Shown here one piece after another: positions 13,455-27,504 of a stretch of 64,000 nucleotides of DNA; within the stretch, counting starts at the first letter, position 1; each line of letters opens with the position of its first letter. The stretch spans positions 125,364,001 through 125,428,000 of the forward strand of contig OZ024742.1 of NCBI GenBank assembly GCA_964016885.1, given 5' to 3'. The notes beneath the pieces are model-generated. The model had not been told where the DNA came from and ran no database searches. It saw nothing but the letters and a program-made list of their open reading frames with translations. The position numbers and the translations under genes are program-made. Source of the DNA: Eledone cirrhosa. Taxonomy: Eukaryota.

Positions 13455-14662
13455 TGTATAATAAAAGGTCAGATTAAGATATAACCATATGTTGAGCCGA
13501 GGAACGGGGAGAGGGAGAGAAAGAAAGAATGAGAGTCTAAAGGATGAGAAATGAGGGGGGTGTAGAGAGAGAGATAAGGAGAGGAGAAGATAAAAGCGGA
13601 AATGAGATTCATGGAGCAGACAGATTGGAGAAATGAGAAACATAAATTAAAAGAATAATGAAGAAATGATGAAGAAAGTAAACTAACAAGAAAAATAGGA
13701 CTTTAGCGTCATATGAACTCATCAGCTTCCTCCTAAACCACATGGTTTCTTGAAAATGGAAGGACCATGTATATAAGGCTAGCCCAGAACCTAAATGTCT
13801 ATTGGTCTGACGTCGGAATATCTTAACCAAACTTTTTCCTATGCATATAGTAATCAGCTATTTACCCATCGCGCTGAAAATTCTAAAATTTATGAAAATT
13901 TATGTACTCATCGCTTCACATTGCAATTATGGTTTACATACATAATTTGAGTCATGTTGGTTTTCCAAATTGAACGGTTAACGGTGCCAGAGGCAGATAA
14001 CTCTTTATATTTTTATCTGTCTACCTATGTTGTCTCTCCCTCTAGCCTCTCTGCCATGTTTCTACTGCTGCCTTCTATTACTTCCTCTGTCTTCGCGCTT
14101 ATTTTTCCATTCCTATCTATCTATTGCCTTTCCCTCTAACGCCCCTCTCCCATGATATTAGCGTTGCAGCTGCTGATACCTCCGCACTCTTGTCGCCTAC
14201 AGCTACCGCTTTTCCCGTCAGAATAACAGGCATCCTCTTTTCCTGTAAAACACGGCTCGGTATAGACGTTACCCACTGCTCTCTTGTTCCCTATTCCAGC
14301 GTCAGACCACAGAAATATAGGTTCTGTTGCGCGGGGTACTATTAAATACATAGTCCTCTTCATTTTTACCGCGAGAAACCTTGTGGTCCAGGAGGAAGCT
14401 TGTGTGATTATATGACGCCAAAATTCTATTTTTCTTGTTAGTTTACTTTCTTCATTATTTGTTATTGATTTTTCGCATTTCTCCAAAATTTCTGTCCCAT
14501 CGATCTCATTCCCAATGTTCTCTTTTCCTCATCCCTTCTCTCCCTATACCCCCTCTCATTTCTCATCTCATGTTTTAGACTCTCTTCCTTCCTTTCTCCC
14601 CCATCTTCCCCAATCCTCCGCTCAATATGAGGTTATATCTTAACTCGACCTTTTACTATACG
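13455..14662. repeat. Long imperfect inverted repeat (arms ~13455-13820 and ~14293-14662)
   Basis: For example 'aaaaggtcagattaagatataacc' pairs with 'ggttatatcttaactcgacctttt', and 'gaagaaagtaaactaacaagaaaaatag' pairs with 'ctatttttcttgttagtttactttcttc'. Confidence 0.85.
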
Positions 14663-14741
14663 TATAGTAATAACTGTTTATAGCTATGCATCGCACTGAG
14701 AATCCTAGAATTTATGAAAATGTATATATATATATATATAC

Positions 14742-15180
14742 TAAAATAAAAGAAGGACGAGTGGTTACTCCTTCATTACGTTTATTGGTTGGTGACGCGC
14801 GTTCTCCACCGATCAGCTCAAGGTTCGATCTGTATCGATCCAGCCCGACCCTATAATACGCGGCTGGTCAGACTCTTTTAGTGGTAATAAAAAAAATGAT
14901 TATATGTTACTGTAGGTTCACCCGGGTGAGTACTCGATGTTTATGTTCACTTCTGTATCGAGGTGTAGAGCTAGACAGAGTGTAGTATTATAAAATAAAA
15001 CAAGGACGAGTGGTTACTCCTTCAATACGTTTATTGGTTGGTGGCGCGCCTTTAACCACCGATCAGCTCAAGGTTCGATCTGTATCGATCCAGCCCAATT
15101 CTGTAATCCGCGGCTCGTCAGACCCGTTTAGTAGTAAAGAAAACATATACGGGTGAACCTACAGTAACTCTTCGTTACAC
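14742..15180 (-). mobile_element. Tandem ~250-bp-period repeat carrying a hammerhead-like core with extended stem II (family H2)
   Basis: Direct repeat of 14742-14890 and 14992-15140. Minus-strand consensus ggtCTGACGAgc...GAAACgcgcGTCacc, built with the copy at 19264-19345. Confidence 0.6.
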
Positions 15181-15510
15181 ATATAATTATTATAGATAAC
15201 GAGGAATGAGTGATGCATCAAAACACCATTTATTAAGATATTACATATGTCTGTCCGACGATCAGCTCAAGGCAGGATCTATTACAGATCGAACCTTACT
15301 CTGCAATTGCAAGGTCCTCAGATATGTTTAGCGCTTTCAATGCATTTCATCCGATTGGCATACCGCATACGGACTCATTTATTACAACCATAAAACAACT
15401 ATATATGTGTGGGGGGGGGGGGGGGTAAAGGGAAACAGAAATAACAACACAATTGGTACAGTATATGGTTGGGAGATATTAGGTTAACGCTTGATATAGC
15501 AGGAAGAGGG

Positions 15511-15546
15511 TCTTAACTTTTCGGACGCTATTCCTTCATCAGAAGA
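15511..15546 (-). ncRNA. Minimal hammerhead-like motif, family H1 (Penelope pLTR type)
   Basis: Minus strand tcttCTGATGAaggaatagcgtccGAAAagttaaga. Homologous flanks in the copies at 17505 and 56995. Confidence 0.55.
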
Positions 15547-15945
15547 AAGAATGAGAAATAAGATAGATTGTGGGGACGGGTGGGTCGGAATTGGAAAAAA
15601 TATCTTTCGATAAAAATAACAGGTCCATTCATGTTGACATTAGTTGCAAAACTGTTGGTGCTGGCGTTTTGTGTATGATTCATTTTTTAGAAAAGTGGAT
15701 GATGGAGCGCGTCTACCTGAAATGGAATAAAAAACGTTTTGTAAAAAGAGTTATACTTGTGCACGTGCCTAAGCATGTGTGTGTGTGTTATTATACGTCC
15801 GTACGAAGCTAAGAAAAAATGTGTGTGTATGTGTGAGTAAAAGAGTGTGTGTGTGCATGTAAGTACGAAGCTATGAGCAAAAGTATGTTAATATAAGGGT
15901 GTGTATGTGTGTAAATACAGAGCAGTGAAGGGAAAAGTGTAGTGA

Positions 15946-16014
<69 letters not shown>

Positions 16015-16016
16015 CG

Positions 16017-16063
<47 letters not shown>

Positions 16064-16339
16064 AAACAAATATAATGAAGGATTGAAGAATAAAACGGAT
16101 TAGCTATGCAGTAGAGTTTATTCCAAGTATTAACACATGTTTCATTGGCTAGTATGTAGTTGGATGCGTCTAAATATCGCTATCTGCTGTGCTGTTGTGA
16201 CATTCGATTTAAATAATGGTTATATCAGCCAAATTATCACAATACTATTTTGGAACTGGCGATACAGCGCATTTATACTGAGGTGTACAGACATTAACAT
16301 GAAAAATAGCAAGATGAAAAGCAAAATGATATAAGAAAT

Positions 16340-17297
16340 AATATGATATAAATATAGGTATAGAGACATTAAAATGAAAAATAGCAGCGTGAGAAATAAT
16401 ATAATAAAATAAAGTAAAGTAAATCAAAAGATATAAATGTAGGGATGTATATGTCCGATGGGTAATAAAGATGAAAGGGTAAGATAGTAGAGGTATAGAA
16501 TGAGAGTAACAATGGTAATGATAAATGATTGATACCACATGTGAGGGTAAGAGAATTGAAGGGGTGTGTGTATAAAGATAGAATTCCTATTCACTGTGGG
16601 AGTGTTCTTAGATCACCAGCTTCTCTTGCATCTGATTGGTTAATGGTACGTCCTGTTAATGTCTTTGGAAGGTGGATTTGTGGCTCTACTTGTTTATTAC
16701 GGTTGGGGATAAATAAATGGCTATACTTGTAAGATAAGTTATGATAGATTTGTGATGTGGTGTCCTTTAATGGTGATGAAAGAGATGTTTAAAATGTCCG
16801 TGGCGCCAAGTTTTCAGACGCTATAAGCCTTGGGGACTTATAATGTTTATACAAACAATTAGGTTATTGGATCGAATCCTGCTTATTTTGGCTTGTAGTT
16901 TATGAATGTGTTGACGTGTTTGTGCCTACAGTAAATTGTCCGTTCAATTTTGTTATTTAGTAAATTCTTATTGTATTGTAAAATATGGAGTAATTCCATA
17001 TTACATAATTTGCATTGGGACATCCCGTGTGTGTAAGACCTGGCATTAGATAATTTAGACCAGCTTACATTGTATTCTTGTTTGTTATCCACAACGTGCC
17101 AGATTTTATTAGCTAGCGTCGTCTGGCTTCTGGGCCTAAGGTTTTTAATCGAATATCTATGCACATACCAGCGGTCCTTGAATTCATTTGCTGTAGAACC
17201 TATGTAATACCATTCCTGGTCACCCGATTTTATAGTACATAGATATACTACATTGGATTCAAGGCATCTTACCCTCAGATATGGTATCAATCATTAC
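16340..17297 (-). mobile_element. 5'-truncated Penelope-like element (GIY-YIG end plus 3' UTR/pLTR region)
   Basis: GIY-YIG ORF followed by non-coding 3' region, with an inverted copy of 16524-16560 at the 5' junction. The distal boundary is approximate. Confidence 0.7.
16883..17260 (-). CDS. GIY-YIG endonuclease domain of a Penelope-like retroelement (fragment)
   Basis: 'NVVYLCTI...YYIGSTANEFKDRWYVH...TTLANKIW...CKLCNME...LLNNKIE...CRH' matches the PLE GIY-YIG with CxxC and C-terminal LN/CRH motifs. Confidence 0.88.
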   Translation of the reverse strand, partial: ESNVVYLCTIKSGDQEWYYIGSTANEFKDRWYVHRYSIKNLRPRSQTTLANKIWHVVDNKQEYNVSWSKLSNARSYTHGMSQCKLCNMELLHILQYNKNLLNNKIERTIYCRHKHVNTFINYKPK

Positions 17298-17355
17298 TCA
17301 TAATCATTACTCATAATCATTACTCATAATCATTACTCATAATCATTACTCATAA
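17289..17355. repeat. 13-bp tandem repeat (aatcattactcat) x5
   Basis: Directly visible at the 5' junction of the PLE fragment. Confidence 0.92.
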
Positions 17356-17391
17356 CTACTTGGTTTACCTTATACGATACCGCATTTACTT

Positions 17392-17439
<48 letters not shown>

Positions 17440-17504
17440 GCTGACTGAATACACATGCGTTTTCTCAGAAATATATTCTCGGTTCCGTCCTCGATCTCTC
17501 TGTA

Positions 17505-17540
17505 TCTTCCGATGAAGGGGTAGTGTCTGAAACGTTATGA
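17505..17540 (+). ncRNA. Degenerate hammerhead motif, family H1
   Basis: tcttCCGATGAaggggtagtgtctGAAACgttatga, between two (TA)n runs. Confidence 0.5.
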
Positions 17541-17615
17541 CTCTCTTCCTATTATATGAATCGTTTAACTAATAGATTTCCTCACTGTGCTGCCGGTCGC
17601 TTTGTTATATCTGTT

Positions 17616-17729
<114 letters not shown>

Positions 17730-18069
17730 CGTGCGTGTGTGTGTGTGTGTGTGTGGCAATACCCATGAAAAGGAAAAATATGTATTTATATATATATAGG
17801 TTAGGTTAAACAATGAAAACGAAAAGGTGTAAAATTAATCCATTGTTTGACGATCGTTACAAAGGATGAAATGAGCTGTGACAATATCAATATATTGACT
17901 AATCGATAGCAGTTATGTAATTTTATATTATTAGCCTCCACAAAACACATCCATCTATCGATATTATTTCCCTCGCCAAACTACATCGATAAGATATTCA
18001 TATTCACACTACATTGAATTCTAACAGCGTTATAAATCCTACCTAGGTCAGAATAGTAAGGTATATATA

Positions 18070-18808
18070 CAGTGTGAAGCAGATAAATCCAGGAGAAAAT
18101 AATGGATAATAAAAACACCGATTTTTTTATATAATAAATTAATATATTTCAATGAAACTATACACAGTTAAGCACACATATAATACATCAAAATCATTCG
18201 ATGTGGCCACAAGCGGCGGCCACAACTTTCTCCAGGTGGGAACGGAAGCCGGAGCAGACCTTGGTGATGGCGTCCCTGCCCCTGTTGGCCATGACGTTCC
18301 TGGTGGCGGCCTTCATAGCCTCCTTAGTTTTTTAGGGCCTGTTGTTAAACTCCTTCTCCAAGGTGCCCCACACAAAATAGTGGAGAAGATTACAGTCATG
18401 CGATAAATCGACCAGTGATCCGGCACGTTCTGCATCTGTCTAGCCACCTTGTCCAAACAAGGGGACGAACGTGGGTGTCTTCGTGGTGCCAGAGCACTTT
18501 TTATCAGTCTTGCGTTCTGGGCCGAAATCTTTCTAGTCGTATGAGGCCCCATATGTCTTTGGAATGTCGTAGACCATGAATGGTTTTAGGGCATTTAAAC
18601 CATTCAATGATTTCCTTGGATTTGTGGCCGGCGTGAAGGCTCTTTATAACAGCAGCTCGACGAGGGTATTCTGAAGACATGTTGATTACTAAGCACCTCA
18701 AGTAGCAATGGCCAGACACCTACTGAGGTGCAGTACTTTCTAATTGCGCTCTCAAAACCTGAAACGCCACGGTGCTGTTGCCACGTAAAAGGTCCGGATT
18801 TATCTGCG

Positions 18809-18812
<4 letters not shown>
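18070..18812 (-). mobile_element. Internally deleted Tc1/mariner-superfamily element (maT/DD37D-like)
   Basis: Imperfect TIRs 'gcagataaatcc' / 'ggatttatctgc' at TA sites. Minus-strand HTH start '[33 protein letters not shown]'. Confidence 0.6.
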
Positions 18813-18904
<92 letters not shown>

Positions 18905-18906
<2 letters not shown>

Positions 18907-19118
18907 GGCGTGTGGCTGAGTGGTTAGAGAATTGGATTTACAATCGTAAGGTTGTGAGTTCGATTCCTGGACCAGGCGATGCGTTATGTCCTTGAGCAAG
19001 ACACTTTATTTCACGTTGCTCCTTCTACCTGGAGTTGCGACCGATAGATAGTATTAGCAATTGGAAAGACCAACGGAAACTTTGTTCCCTCGGTCCGATT
19101 TGACGAAAGTCGATCGTT

Positions 19119-19120
<2 letters not shown>
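18905..19120 (+). mobile_element. SINE family B
   Basis: A box 'tggctgagtggttaga', B box 'gagttcgattcc' and 'tgtccttgagcaagacact' core. Confidence 0.85.
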
Positions 19121-19161
<41 letters not shown>

Positions 19162-19165
19162 GCAC

Positions 19166-19204
<39 letters not shown>

Positions 19205-19209
19205 CCATG

Positions 19210-19385
19210 GAGTGTAATGTGAAGTTACTGTACGATCACCCCTGTCATTACAACAGTAGATGTCCGACGAGCTTTTGATTCCAGTGTCGGGCCAGATCGA
19301 TACAGATCAAACGATGAGCTGATCAATAGCGAAACGCGCGTCACCAATCAATAAACGTGATGAAAGCATAACAAATTGACCTTGT
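19210..19385 (+). ncRNA. Family H2 copy: hammerhead with long stem-II insertion
   Basis: CCGACGA (19264-70), gct...agc closing stem II, GAAAC (19331-35), gcgc, GTC (19340-42). Flanked by (TA)n. Confidence 0.6.
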
Positions 19386-20098
19386 ATTATATATATATAT
19401 ATGGTGGGTGTGCATATGTATATGTATAATATGTGTGTATGTATGTGTGTATGTATAGTTACCTGAGCATAGTGACCAGATAAATACATTCAGTCACTTC
19501 AACATCGATATTTGTATTCACACCAACGAGTTAGTAGCACTTGTCCATTCTGTTATTATTTGTGATGTTAAGATTATTAGAGTGTGTGGCGAAGGAGAAA
19601 AGGCCTGCTGTTCGTCAGGCGATACCAGAGAATTGTCCTGGAAAAAACATCGATGATACATGTGCCTAGCATCTTCCTGAATGGAGGTGACCAAGCAGCA
19701 GTCATCAATATAGAGAAGATACAAAAATACCACAGCGATATACCCAACTACAAAAAGACAAATGGTTCAGCTCAGGGCTGTTATGATGAAAGTGTACCAA
19801 CGTAATCCATGCACCACGATGGCTCTCCTTCACTGCAAGCTGTTATCGTTGCCTTGCAGAGTATGAATATTGTATGCAGTGATGTTTATATTGTTTTGTG
19901 CATTTAACATCCTCTTCTTGGTGTTTAAACATGTGTTAGATAAACAATCTGTGCCTCAATTGGAAAGCTGGGGTATGATGGGGCTATGATATAGAAAGCC
20001 TGTATTCAACCCATTCGCTGCAAGAAGGTTATGCTGCCCCTATGCTGCTAATACTATTGCAGATAATGCTGTGGCTGGAACTCATTATTTCCTTGATA

Positions 20099-20290
20099 GG
20101 CGGTGGATTGGCAGTATCGGTAGAGGGCCGGACGCCATGCTTTGACGCATAGAGTTACGGCCCTTGCCATTCTGAGTTCAAATCCCGCCGAGGTTAACTT
20201 TGACTTTCATTCTTACGGGGTCGATAAAATAAAGTACCAGTAATGCACTGGGTAATTGGTGGCCTTGTGCCAAAAGTAGAAACAATTATT
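20099..20290 (+). mobile_element. SINE family A
   Basis: Full head, core and tail. Confidence 0.88.
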
Positions 20291-20432
20291 TCCTTGATAG
20301 CATTCAAAAGTGAAGAATTAGAAAAGTTATAAGATAATAGAAAAATAACAAATTAATATAGAACGCAATTACTACAAGCAGCACAGCAACAACATCAAAC
20401 ACATTTAACAATAATAATAATGATAATAATAA

Positions 20433-20640
20433 TTTCTACTGCATGCACAAGGCCAGAAACTTTATGGGAGGGCAAAATCGATTGAATCTACCCCAGAGCT
20501 TTACTGGTTCTTTATCGACCCGAAATGATGATAGGCAAAGCTAACCTGGGCGGGATTTGAACTCGGAACGTAAAGGGACGTAACTCTATGTCGTGTAAGC
20601 ATAGTTTTTGACGCTCTACCGATACTGCCAATCCACCTGC
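20433..20640 (-). mobile_element. SINE family A
   Basis: Reverse complement of the family A consensus, embedded in (AAT)n. Confidence 0.85.
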
Positions 20641-21584
20641 ATAATAATAATAATAAAATAATAATAATAATAATAATAATAACAGTAATAATAGTTATAA
20701 CAATAATAATAATCCATTACTGAATTTGTAATTGCCAAATGTGTTTCAATTTTAATATACTTTCGCATTGAAGTTTCTTAGTAATTTAAAATATTCAGTA
20801 TTTTCATGGCAGATGTGCTTAATTGCGGAAGCGATAATACTTATTTCATGATGGAGAATATTCATACAACAGAATTTTATTCTCAGAGATTGAACTAGAT
20901 GCATCAATTGATTGACCTATAGTATCCTAACTGATACAACTCAATCAATTGTACTGGCTTCTTTGCGGCTAAAACAGACGCTGTGTTTAGCAATCATAGC
21001 AACATCCTTCCGTTTCTTGATTTCAACGCATAATTTCATATTTACTTATTTATCTATTATGGCGGTCGAATCAAAATATACAAAAAGGAATGGGCCCTTT
21101 TGATCTTAGTAACATGGCTGCATTATATAATGTAATTATATAGCAAATCACGTTAGGACATCCTAATTGCATTTATTTATGATTAACACACGCGTTGATC
21201 GTTCTAATGTTTTTCATTCGGGCGAAGAGCGAAGTTAATGTTTCCCCCAGCCGTGCTATAATGGACACGAAGCATCGGACATCTCACATGTATGGATTTA
21301 TTTGACAAAATCAAATTACTTCAGTTAGTTAAGTGAAATTTTTGTGGAAGTGGGGTAAGAGAGGTAGTGCTAGGCACCCAAAGAGGGGTTGGGGTTGTTC
21401 TTATTAGGCTATAATTATTCCAGTATTTATTATCATTATTGGGAAATATTATTATCATCATCATTATTATTATTATTATTATAATTATTATTATTATTAT
21501 TATTATTGGCATATGCCATCATTATTATCATGATCATCGTTATAACCAAACTAATTATTTTCCGTACCATTGTCATCATCATCT

Positions 21585-21639
<55 letters not shown>

Positions 21640-22276
21640 CATCATCGTTATATTGCAGTTCTTGACATTGTTTATGATCAAATGGTTTTGATGTTGTTTT
21701 TCTTCTTGCTTTGGCAGCAGCCGTGGCAACTGTTGTTTTTGATCATGGTCTGGATTTTCAGCCTAATTGTATCACTTTCATACTAAGCATCGTAATTAAT
21801 ATTGACATTCTCACTAATATTCTATGATATTTTTTTTCAATAAAAGTCATGTGTGGTCATGTTTACTTCAAAGCTGTCCAACATGTCTTTAAAAGACTTC
21901 CCGTCTCAATTTTATGATCATTTCATATGGCTTTTGCAATAAAATATTACAGTTAACAGATGATTTATAGGTCACGTGTGCGAGGAATAGTAAATAATAG
22001 TTTAAAGCGTTTAGTCGATGATTTTTATTTCATCGTTTTCAATGTGTATTGATGTCCAGAACAACTCCTGTCTCCAGCGCGACATTACAACGACTACAGC
22101 ACGACCGGGGGTGGATGGAAAGTATAACGATAAAATACATATAAAACAAGGATATTGCAAATAGTACATATGAGTACTATAATCAATTTAGTGGCTATTG
22201 GTATTTTATTAATTTATTTTTGTTTTCCACATGAGTATACTTAAACTCAAACACACAAGCTAACTCAGCAGCCATG

Positions 22277-22348
<72 letters not shown>

Positions 22349-22374
22349 TTTATATATATATATATATATATGTG

Positions 22375-22479
<105 letters not shown>

Positions 22480-22510
22480 ATATATATAGATATATATATA
22501 TATATATATT

Positions 22511-22541
<31 letters not shown>

Positions 22542-22641
22542 ATATATATTTTATATATATATTTTATATATATATATATTTTATATATATATATATATAT
22601 ATATTTTATATATATATATATATTTTATATATATATATATA

Positions 22642-22705
<64 letters not shown>

Positions 22706-22768
22706 TTATTATCTCATATAGATACCCTGTAATTAACAAGCTCAAAGTATAAATACTGAACATTATAA

Positions 22769-22977
22769 TATTAATATGAGTAGAAGTAAACACAGTAAGT
22801 CCTGTGTCTAAAATTACGAGGGTAGATTATACCACAAATGTTACATATAAGTTAACCTGAATCATATGGGATGTTACATCCCATATGATTTAGTTTAAAT
22901 TGTATGTAACATTTGTGGTATAATCTACCCTCGTAATTTTAGACAAAGGACTTACTGTGTTTACTTCTACACATCTT

Positions 22978-22981
<4 letters not shown>
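22769..22981. repeat. Fold-back palindrome (~105-bp arms, 1-nt loop at 22875) in (TA)n
   Basis: Centre 'atcatatgggatgt-t-acatcccatatgat'; the arms match with few mismatches. Confidence 0.95.
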
Positions 22982-23030
<49 letters not shown>

Positions 23031-23147
23031 CGAGAGAGAGAGAGAGGGGGGCGGAAGATAATTAATTCCACAACAATTTAGCATAACATATTCGTGGGCG
23101 CGTGCTCAACTTACTACGAATATAACCTCCCGTGATTTTTTACCACC

Positions 23148-23179
<32 letters not shown>

Positions 23180-24829
23180 GTGGAGTAGTCCATCGTTGGT
23201 GGGCAATTTATAGCGTAGAATGCCTTTCTTTCATTTTTTTTTAATTATTCAATGTCAGACAATGTGCCCTGGTGCCTCGTCCTTGTGAATTGTCAATTGT
23301 CCCCAATGTGGTTTCCAAGGAAAATGAACTGAAGCATTGCAAACTTAAGTGTCTTGCTAAAGGTCACAAGGCGCCACCGAGAGTCAAACTCACAATCTTT
23401 CGATTGTGAACCGAATACTCTAACCACTAAGCTATGCTGCGCCGAAATCGAAAGACGGACAGAAGAAAAAAGCGTTTCGACGGACGATGAAAAAAATAGT
23501 ATGTCTCAGTGAGTTCCATTCACTAATATGAATGCCTATCTGTCACCATTTCATTCCGCGCATTTATGGATAGTTTCGTTGATAGAAATGACATAGGCTT
23601 ATGTTTATGTGTTTGTTTTTCTTGCATATTTTTCGGAAACTCCGTGCGCCCCACAATGTTCTCCTTTGGAAGCAGATTTTGAAAATCAAATCCGCTTTTC
23701 TTTGGGCCATACCGTTTCGGAGCCTTTCACCGAAATACACACATACATACAAAAATACATACATACACTCTCAAATATATAGAAGAGTATAGTATAGTAT
23801 ATACTATACACAGATATAAACATAACCGCTTGCTATAAATAAATGCATAGAAAATCAAGTAAAATTACCCTGTAGATGGAAAAAGAAGCTGCAGTGGCTA
23901 CGAAGAATGTAACCTATCTTTCAGAAAACGTCTATAGGAGTATTTCACATTCAAGACGTTGTTCGATTTAGCTTTCTGATTGTTGTCAGAGACCGTTTAG
24001 CTCATTGGTTAGTGCAGTCAGTCGATATCTAAAAGTCCTGAGGCCTTATTCCTCCTGGCGACTGCTGGCCATGTTTTACTGTCACTACGGTTATTTTACC
24101 CTTTTTTTTAATGCTATCATTTCTAGCAATATTCTGTATTTACGGTTATTTTCTGCGTTTCAGTATCCTACATTTTCTTTGAACTGCATAACTCTTCAGT
24201 GCTTCGAAACTTCTATACTGTACATATAATGTTGTTTACATTCAAAACGCTGTTTTAGCTTTCTAATTTAGACGAATAATGTTGTCAGAACCGTATAGTA
24301 TACTCATTTACTTGTGTATCTAATCCAACCCAGGACCTTCTCACTCCTGTCCGAGGAACCCCTCCCTGGTTGACCTCTACCGTTTACGTTTAATTTTGTT
24401 CATGTCTTCAGCGGTGTAGCCGTACTCACCTTGTTTGGCCAATTGCGTGTTGGTGAAGCTATTTAACCCTTAGTTGGTTTGGATGGTTATTGATTCTGAG
24501 GAGATCATCCGCTTTTTTTACAGCTCTTGAATTTTATGATCCTAGGTTTCAACTTACCGTCTCGCCAGACCAGGATCTGGTGGGAAGGCCGTTTTAATTG
24601 CCGACCACCCGACCATGAACAGGTTGTACTGGGGTTTCTTGGTAACACAAACAGGCAGAAGCCTGGCATGACCAAATTACTTGTGCATGTCTGTTTATAA
24701 ATATGCAGCATTAATGTTTCGTGTATTTAATTAGTTGTGTATGTCGAAGGGAGTATCTTATTATGTTTAGTGATGTGAAATCTGTGTATCTATGTTATTC
24801 TCATTTAAAAGATCCCGTTCTGTCACGAA

Positions 24830-25140
24830 TGTCCATGGATTTGCAACGAGAAAGTTCCCCTTCGATGCACAAACCCGGGCAAAGTGCTTTTTGTGAAATA
24901 CTACCAGTCGACCATGTATACGAGTCTTCCCTCCCCACTTCACCGGTGTTATCCAAGAAAAAAAGCAAAGGACGATACAGCTTGGCAGCAGTGACGGAGA
25001 AACTCATTTCTAAAGTTGAGTGAACTGGAGCAACATGAACTAAAGTGTCTTTATCAATGACACAACGCATCGGTTGGTCTAGGATTCGAACACACAAACC
25101 CCACTATCGGGAATCCAACCCTCTAAACACAGAGCCTTTT
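24830..25140 (-). mobile_element. SINE family B-like
   Basis: Reverse B box 'ggattcgaac' and 'gactggagcaac..gaactaaagtgtc' core. Confidence 0.6.
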
Positions 25141-25572
25141 TTATTACGTAATTACATTTATTTTTCTTGTATTATAAGTTGTATTTTGTCTGAAAATTAC
25201 CGTATATATATATATATAAATGAAAAGTATAGAAATTATTGGAGCAAGAAGCCAACAGTATTCCATAATATATAAGTGACTATAGCGTCAAAATAGAAAA
25301 ATAGTGAACGTAAGATGTGGGAAAATAATTCAAACTCAACTCAAAAAGAATCAGGATATAGATTCATCCACAGAATTTTGTGAAATCCAGGGAAAAATCA
25401 ATACAAAAATACTCATCCTTCAATTTGGAAAAATTACAAATGCTCTGTATAGTCTTAAAAGACTATTTCACGAAACTTTCAGTGGGGATGGTCACTGTTT
25501 GAATCGATCATCAGCAGAGCTCAAAGACACGATAACCAAAGCCCATTGTTTATAATATGCCAAAAAGGGAAT

Positions 25573-26540
<968 letters not shown>

Positions 26541-26557
26541 ATGTTATATACACACAG

Positions 26558-26596
<39 letters not shown>

Positions 26597-26614
26597 GTTT
26601 TAATATAGATGAGA

Positions 26615-26660
26615 TTCTACAGGACTAGAAGTGTTTCATTCTTTAGAAATCATCAGGAAT
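26615..26660 (-). ncRNA. Hammerhead-like core, family H3
   Basis: Minus strand ttcCTGATGAtttctaaagaatGAAACacttctaGTC. Same family as the hairpin at 27001-27089. Stem I is weak. Confidence 0.35.
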
Positions 26661-26860
26661 CGCTATATATATATATATATACATTCATTTCGTTGAGTGC
26701 CAGTGCGGTATCGTATAGGTGTATCTATTTTTGGTGTACTAATTAGTATGCATGCTCTCTTTGTTGTTATATGTATGAAGTTATGTTGAAACGTGCGTGT
26801 GTGTTTGTGCATACGTGTTTGTGTTGATCAGCATATTATAGATGGATGCATGTCTCTATT

Positions 26861-26912
<52 letters not shown>

Positions 26913-27000
26913 TGAGTCCCGGGTTCAATCGGGGTTAACCAATGCTAGTAAGGTACTCAATAAATTTATAGAGTATAAACATCAGGTTTGAAATTGAAAT

Positions 27001-27089
27001 GGTTTCTACACGACTAGAACTGTTTTATTCGAAGGAAACCATCAGGAATGATTTCCTGTGAATGAAACAGTTCTAGTCCTGTAGAAGCC
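27001..27089. repeat. Fold-back hairpin of family H3 with unique leader (26893-27000)
   Basis: 'ggtttctacacgactagaactgttttattc' pairs with 'gaatgaaacagttctagtcctgtagaagcc'. Confidence 0.85.
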
Positions 27090-27107
27090 AATTCTATATT
27101 AAATATA

Positions 27108-27178
<71 letters not shown>

Positions 27179-27207
27179 AAATGTGTGTAATCCTTGGTAC
27201 AGTTAGG

Positions 27208-27457
27208 TATATTAAGACAGGGGGGAAGAAAAAATGGCTTCACTTGTGCTTTCAACAAATTTATTTTCTTCACAAAATCCAAAAAGAATTTTTCTTAAAA
27301 AAAAAAAAAAAAATTATTTTATAAATTAAGTTGTTGGTTCCAACAACTTAATTTATAAAATAATTTTTTTTTTTTTAAGAAAAATTCTTTTTGGATTTTG
27401 TGAAGAAAATAAATTTGTTGAAAGCTCAAGTGAAGCCATTTTTTCTTCCCCCCTGTC

Positions 27458-27465
<8 letters not shown>
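27208..27465. repeat. Fold-back palindrome (~128-bp arms, 2-nt loop at 27338-39) in (TA)n
   Basis: Centre 'aagttgttgg-tt-ccaacaactt'. Nearly perfect except for poly-A/T length and one substitution. Confidence 0.97.

Positions 27466-27503
<38 letters not shown>

Positions 27504-27504
<1 letters not shown>

Noticed and set aside
19580-19752. Possible host exon on the minus strand after a tttttgtag acceptor (LGISLWYFCIFSILMTAAWSPPFRK...)
   Set aside because: No recognisable family or partner exon; needs RNA-seq or BLASTx.
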